Source: Acidimicrobiia bacterium (GTDB lineage: Bacteria; Actinomycetota; Acidimicrobiia; Spongiisociales; JAHEDJ01). From it: a stretch of DNA of 60,930 nucleotides. Position 1 is the stretch's first letter, and the number at the start of each line of letters is the position of its first letter. The stretch is from the NCBI GenBank assembly GCA_029210695.1, contig JARGFH010000003.1:62001-122930 (forward strand). The letters run 5' to 3'. Below are positions 58,469 through 60,930 of the stretch, piece by piece. The notes below the pieces were generated by a model. It was given only the letters and a program-made list of their open reading frames with translations. It was not told where the DNA came from and searched no databases. Position numbers and translations under genes: made by a program.

Positions 58469-58491
58469 CAGGGCCGTGAGTCAACGGCCCT
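58469..58491. terminator. Hairpin between convergent genes
   Basis: CAGGGCCGT-GAGTCA-ACGGCCCTG. Confidence 0.55.
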
Positions 58492-58509
58492 GCGCTTGAA
58501 GCTCTCGAC

Positions 58510-59334
58510 TCAGTACACCTCCGGCACGAACGTTTGATCATCCATCGGCGGCCGCACGTACGAGAATGCGTCATCGCGCGGCGGCAGAACTATCGGTTCG
58601 GGAGTCAAGTCGTCAAAGGGGATGCTCGCCAGAAGGTGGCTGATCGCGTTCAAGCGAGCCCTCCGCTTGTCGTCGGAGTTCACGGCGAACCAGGGCGCCT
58701 GTTTGATGTCGGTGTGGGCGAACATCTCGTCCTTGGCCTTTGAGTACTCGATCCACCGGCGCCGCGACTCGAGATCCATGGGGCTGAGTTTCCAGCGCTT
58801 CGTGCGATCCTCGATTCGCGATTGGAAACGCCGTTCCTGCTCCTCGTCACTGACTGAGAACCAGTATTTCAAGAGAATGATGCCGGACCGCACCAGCATT
58901 CGTTCGAATTCCGGACATGAGCGGAGGAACTCCCGGTACTCGTCCTCGGTACAGAAACCCATGACACGCTCGACGCCGGCCCGGTTGTACCAGCTTCGGT
59001 CGAACAGGACCATCTCGCCTGCGGCCGGGAGGTGCTGCACGTACCGCTGGAAATACCACTGGGTCTTCTCTCGCTCGGTCGGCTGCGGTAGGGCAACGAC
59101 TCGCGCCACTCTCGGATTCAAGCGCTCGGTAATCCGCTTGATGACGCCGCCCTTCCCCGCCGCGTCCCGGCCCTCGAAGATGACAACGACCTTCAGACCT
59201 CGATCCTTGATCCACTCCTGAAGCTTGACGAGTTCGACCTGGAGTCGCTGCAACTCCGCCTCGTAGTACTTCTTCTTGAGCTTGCCGGTTGCTGTGGTCG
59301 TCGGCTCGCCGGTTGGTGGGGAGTGGTCGGTCAT
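58510..59334 (-). CDS. ppk2: Polyphosphate kinase 2 (class I)
   Basis: FEGRDAAGKGG, LNPR, QWYFQRY, FDRSWYNRAGVERVMG, WKLSPMD, DDKRRARLN. Confidence 0.96.
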   Translation of the reverse strand: MTDHSPPTGEPTTTATGKLKKKYYEAELQRLQVELVKLQEWIKDRGLKVVVIFEGRDAAGKGGVIKRITERLNPRVARVVALPQPTEREKTQWYFQRYVQHLPAAGEMVLFDRSWYNRAGVERVMGFCTEDEYREFLRSCPEFERMLVRSGIILLKYWFSVSDEEQERRFQSRIEDRTKRWKLSPMDLESRRRWIEYSKAKDEMFAHTDIKQAPWFAVNSDDKRRARLNAISHLLASIPFDDLTPEPIVLPPRDDAFSYVRPPMDDQTFVPEVY

Positions 59335-59456
59335 CGATCGCTGCTCCTTGTCTACGTAGGAACAGCCTAGAGGCCGCGCCGGTGACGCCGCTTGGGAAGC
59401 AAATGCTTTCATTTGGCTCTATGCAGGTGGCAATTGGAGGTGTAGAAGGACAATTG

Positions 59457-60791
59457 ATGACACACGAACTTCTCCGTGCCGCGCAGGACCGATTCGCGGC
59501 CGCCGTGCCCTTTTCGTCAGAGCTCCATGGTTGGCGGGGAACCTCAGAGTGGCTGAGCGAGCCGGATCACGTGCTCCAGGTGACCATTCCGATTGTGATG
59601 GACGATGGCTTTGTCCATGTGTTCAAGGGGTATCGGGTATTGGATTCAGCTGCCAGGGGGCCCGCCAAGGGAGGTATCCGCTTTCATCCGGCGGTCGACG
59701 AGAGCGACTGCCGGGCGCTGGCGGCGTTGATGACCTGGAAGTCGGCGATGGCGGCTATTCCGTTTGGAGGGGCACATGGGGGAGTCCGGTGCGACCCCAC
59801 CATCCTCTCCGAGGAGGAACGTCGTCGGATCACGAGGCGGTATGTCGCCACTCTCGGCGACACGATCGGGCCCTACAAAGACATCCTGGGACCCGATCTC
59901 TACACGAGCGAGCAGACGATGGCCTGGGTCTATGACACCTACTCCGTCCTGCACCCCGGCGAAAACAACCGTGCCGTGGTAACCGGGAAACCAACCGATC
60001 TCGGCGGTTCACCGCTGGGAAGCGAGGCGGCGGCGCACGGTGTTCTGGCCTCCACCCGACGGATCCTCGAGTTTGGATACGTCCCGGGACTCGAGGGACT
60101 CGATGGGGCGACAGTCGCTATTCAGGGTTTCGGAGATGTGGGGGCGGGCGTCGCGCGTCTCTTCGCCGGGGGCGGTGCGTTGATCGTCGGGCTGGCCGAC
60201 TCGACCGGTGCCATATACCGGGAGCAAGGGCTCGCCGTCGAGGCAGTTGAACAACACCGAAGGGCGACGGGCCGGTTGGGCGGGTTCCCCGGCGCTCAGG
60301 AGCTGAGTCCCGGAGCTTTGCTCGAGTTGCCGGTTGACATCGCGATCCCGGCCGCGCTCGAGAACCAGATTACGGAACACAACGCTCCGGCCATCCGCGC
60401 ACGCCTCATCGTGGAGGCGGCCAACTACCCGACAACACCTGCTGCGGATCGTATTCTCCGGCAACGCGGTGTCCGGGTTCTCCCCGATGTTGTCGCCGCC
60501 TCCGGTGGGATAGTTGCCGGATACTTCGAGTGGGTACAAAACCTCGAGAACCAGGACTGGGACTACCACGAAACACTCACGCGCCTTCGCGATCGTATTG
60601 AGAAGGCCACCGACCACATTCTCGTCGAACGGGCCCAACTGGCCGAAGGGCTGGGCCGATATCAAGCCGCCTGGCACGGCGCTCAACCGGAGGCGCCGGT
60701 CCTCGAAGTGCCGACACTGCGGGTGGCGGCGTACGTCATCGCCATGCGTCGATGTCGAGCCGCGATCACTCAGCGCGGGGTATGGCCTTGA
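59457..60791 (+). CDS. Glu/Leu/Phe/Val dehydrogenase homolog with a degenerate active site
   Basis: GPAKGGIRFHP, MTWK, VTGKP..LGGS, IQGFG.VG, PAALE, YFEWVQN; GGAHGG replaces GGAKGG. Confidence 0.88.
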   Translation: MTHELLRAAQDRFAAAVPFSSELHGWRGTSEWLSEPDHVLQVTIPIVMDDGFVHVFKGYRVLDSAARGPAKGGIRFHPAVDESDCRALAALMTWKSAMAAIPFGGAHGGVRCDPTILSEEERRRITRRYVATLGDTIGPYKDILGPDLYTSEQTMAWVYDTYSVLHPGENNRAVVTGKPTDLGGSPLGSEAAAHGVLASTRRILEFGYVPGLEGLDGATVAIQGFGDVGAGVARLFAGGGALIVGLADSTGAIYREQGLAVEAVEQHRRATGRLGGFPGAQELSPGALLELPVDIAIPAALENQITEHNAPAIRARLIVEAANYPTTPAADRILRQRGVRVLPDVVAASGGIVAGYFEWVQNLENQDWDYHETLTRLRDRIEKATDHILVERAQLAEGLGRYQAAWHGAQPEAPVLEVPTLRVAAYVIAMRRCRAAITQRGVWP

Positions 60792-60792
60792 G

Positions 60793-60876
60793 AGTCGCGA
60801 GTCCCTAGTCGCGAGTCCCTTGTCGCGGGTCGCGGGTTGGCGGGTGGGCGGTTCTAGGTTCTGAGTTCTAGGTTTT
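60793..60876. repeat. Heptamer short tandem repeat
   Basis: AGTCGCG AGTCCCT AGTCGCG AGTCCCT TGTCGCG GGTCGCG ... GGTTCTA GGTTCTG AGTTCTA GGTTTT, after the dehydrogenase stop. Confidence 0.8.
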
Positions 60877-60930
60877 ACCGGCGCCTGGAGACAATCTCAC
60901 ATACACGGACCTCTGCCTACGGCGATGGGC

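Overview
GC-rich chromosomal segment of an actinobacterium. WhiB, NucS, RegX3/SenX3, an F420-dependent nitroreductase and frequent leaderless-style starts point to this group, and Acidimicrobiia is an inference from gene content. In order it contains: the 3' end of a ba3-type (B-family) heme-copper oxidase subunit I, an unusual cytochrome b/2x[4Fe-4S]/MvhD-like/cytochrome c fusion, a second cytochrome c, two Sco proteins and PCuAC; arsC; a phosphate hub (PHO box, pstSCAB-phoU-regX3-senX3, and a convergent Na/Pi symporter plus PhoU-like gene); two polar amino-acid ABC systems around dxs; an M20 amidohydrolase; an AbiEi-like/DUF559 nuclease gene bracketed by near-identical palindromic direct repeats that also occur as solo copies; padR-nfeD-SPFH; an HtrA-like protease; an ABC-2 exporter with an in-frame TAG; thioredoxin, a CoA-binding protein, an unannotated 58-aa Zn-ribbon gene and nhaA; a broken BNR-repeat gene fused to an SF1-helicase C-terminus; yceI; an FtsX-type ABC system with DUF2975/Xre; nucS, trmL, a dipeptidase, an MFS transporter, fetAB-like genes, whiB, an acyl-CoA dehydrogenase with a TetR, a NarL-type regulator, tryptophanase, a CapA-like gene, ppk2 and a glutamate dehydrogenase homolog lacking its catalytic lysine. 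No rRNA, tRNA, CRISPR array, transposase or integrase was recognised. The best novelty candidates are (1) the repeat-flanked DUF559 nuclease with dispersed palindromes, as a REP/RAYT-like system, and (2) the Rieske-free cytochrome b-FeS-MvhD-cytochrome c protein beside the ba3 oxidase. All calls are by eye from motifs; no database searches were run, and start codons are best estimates.
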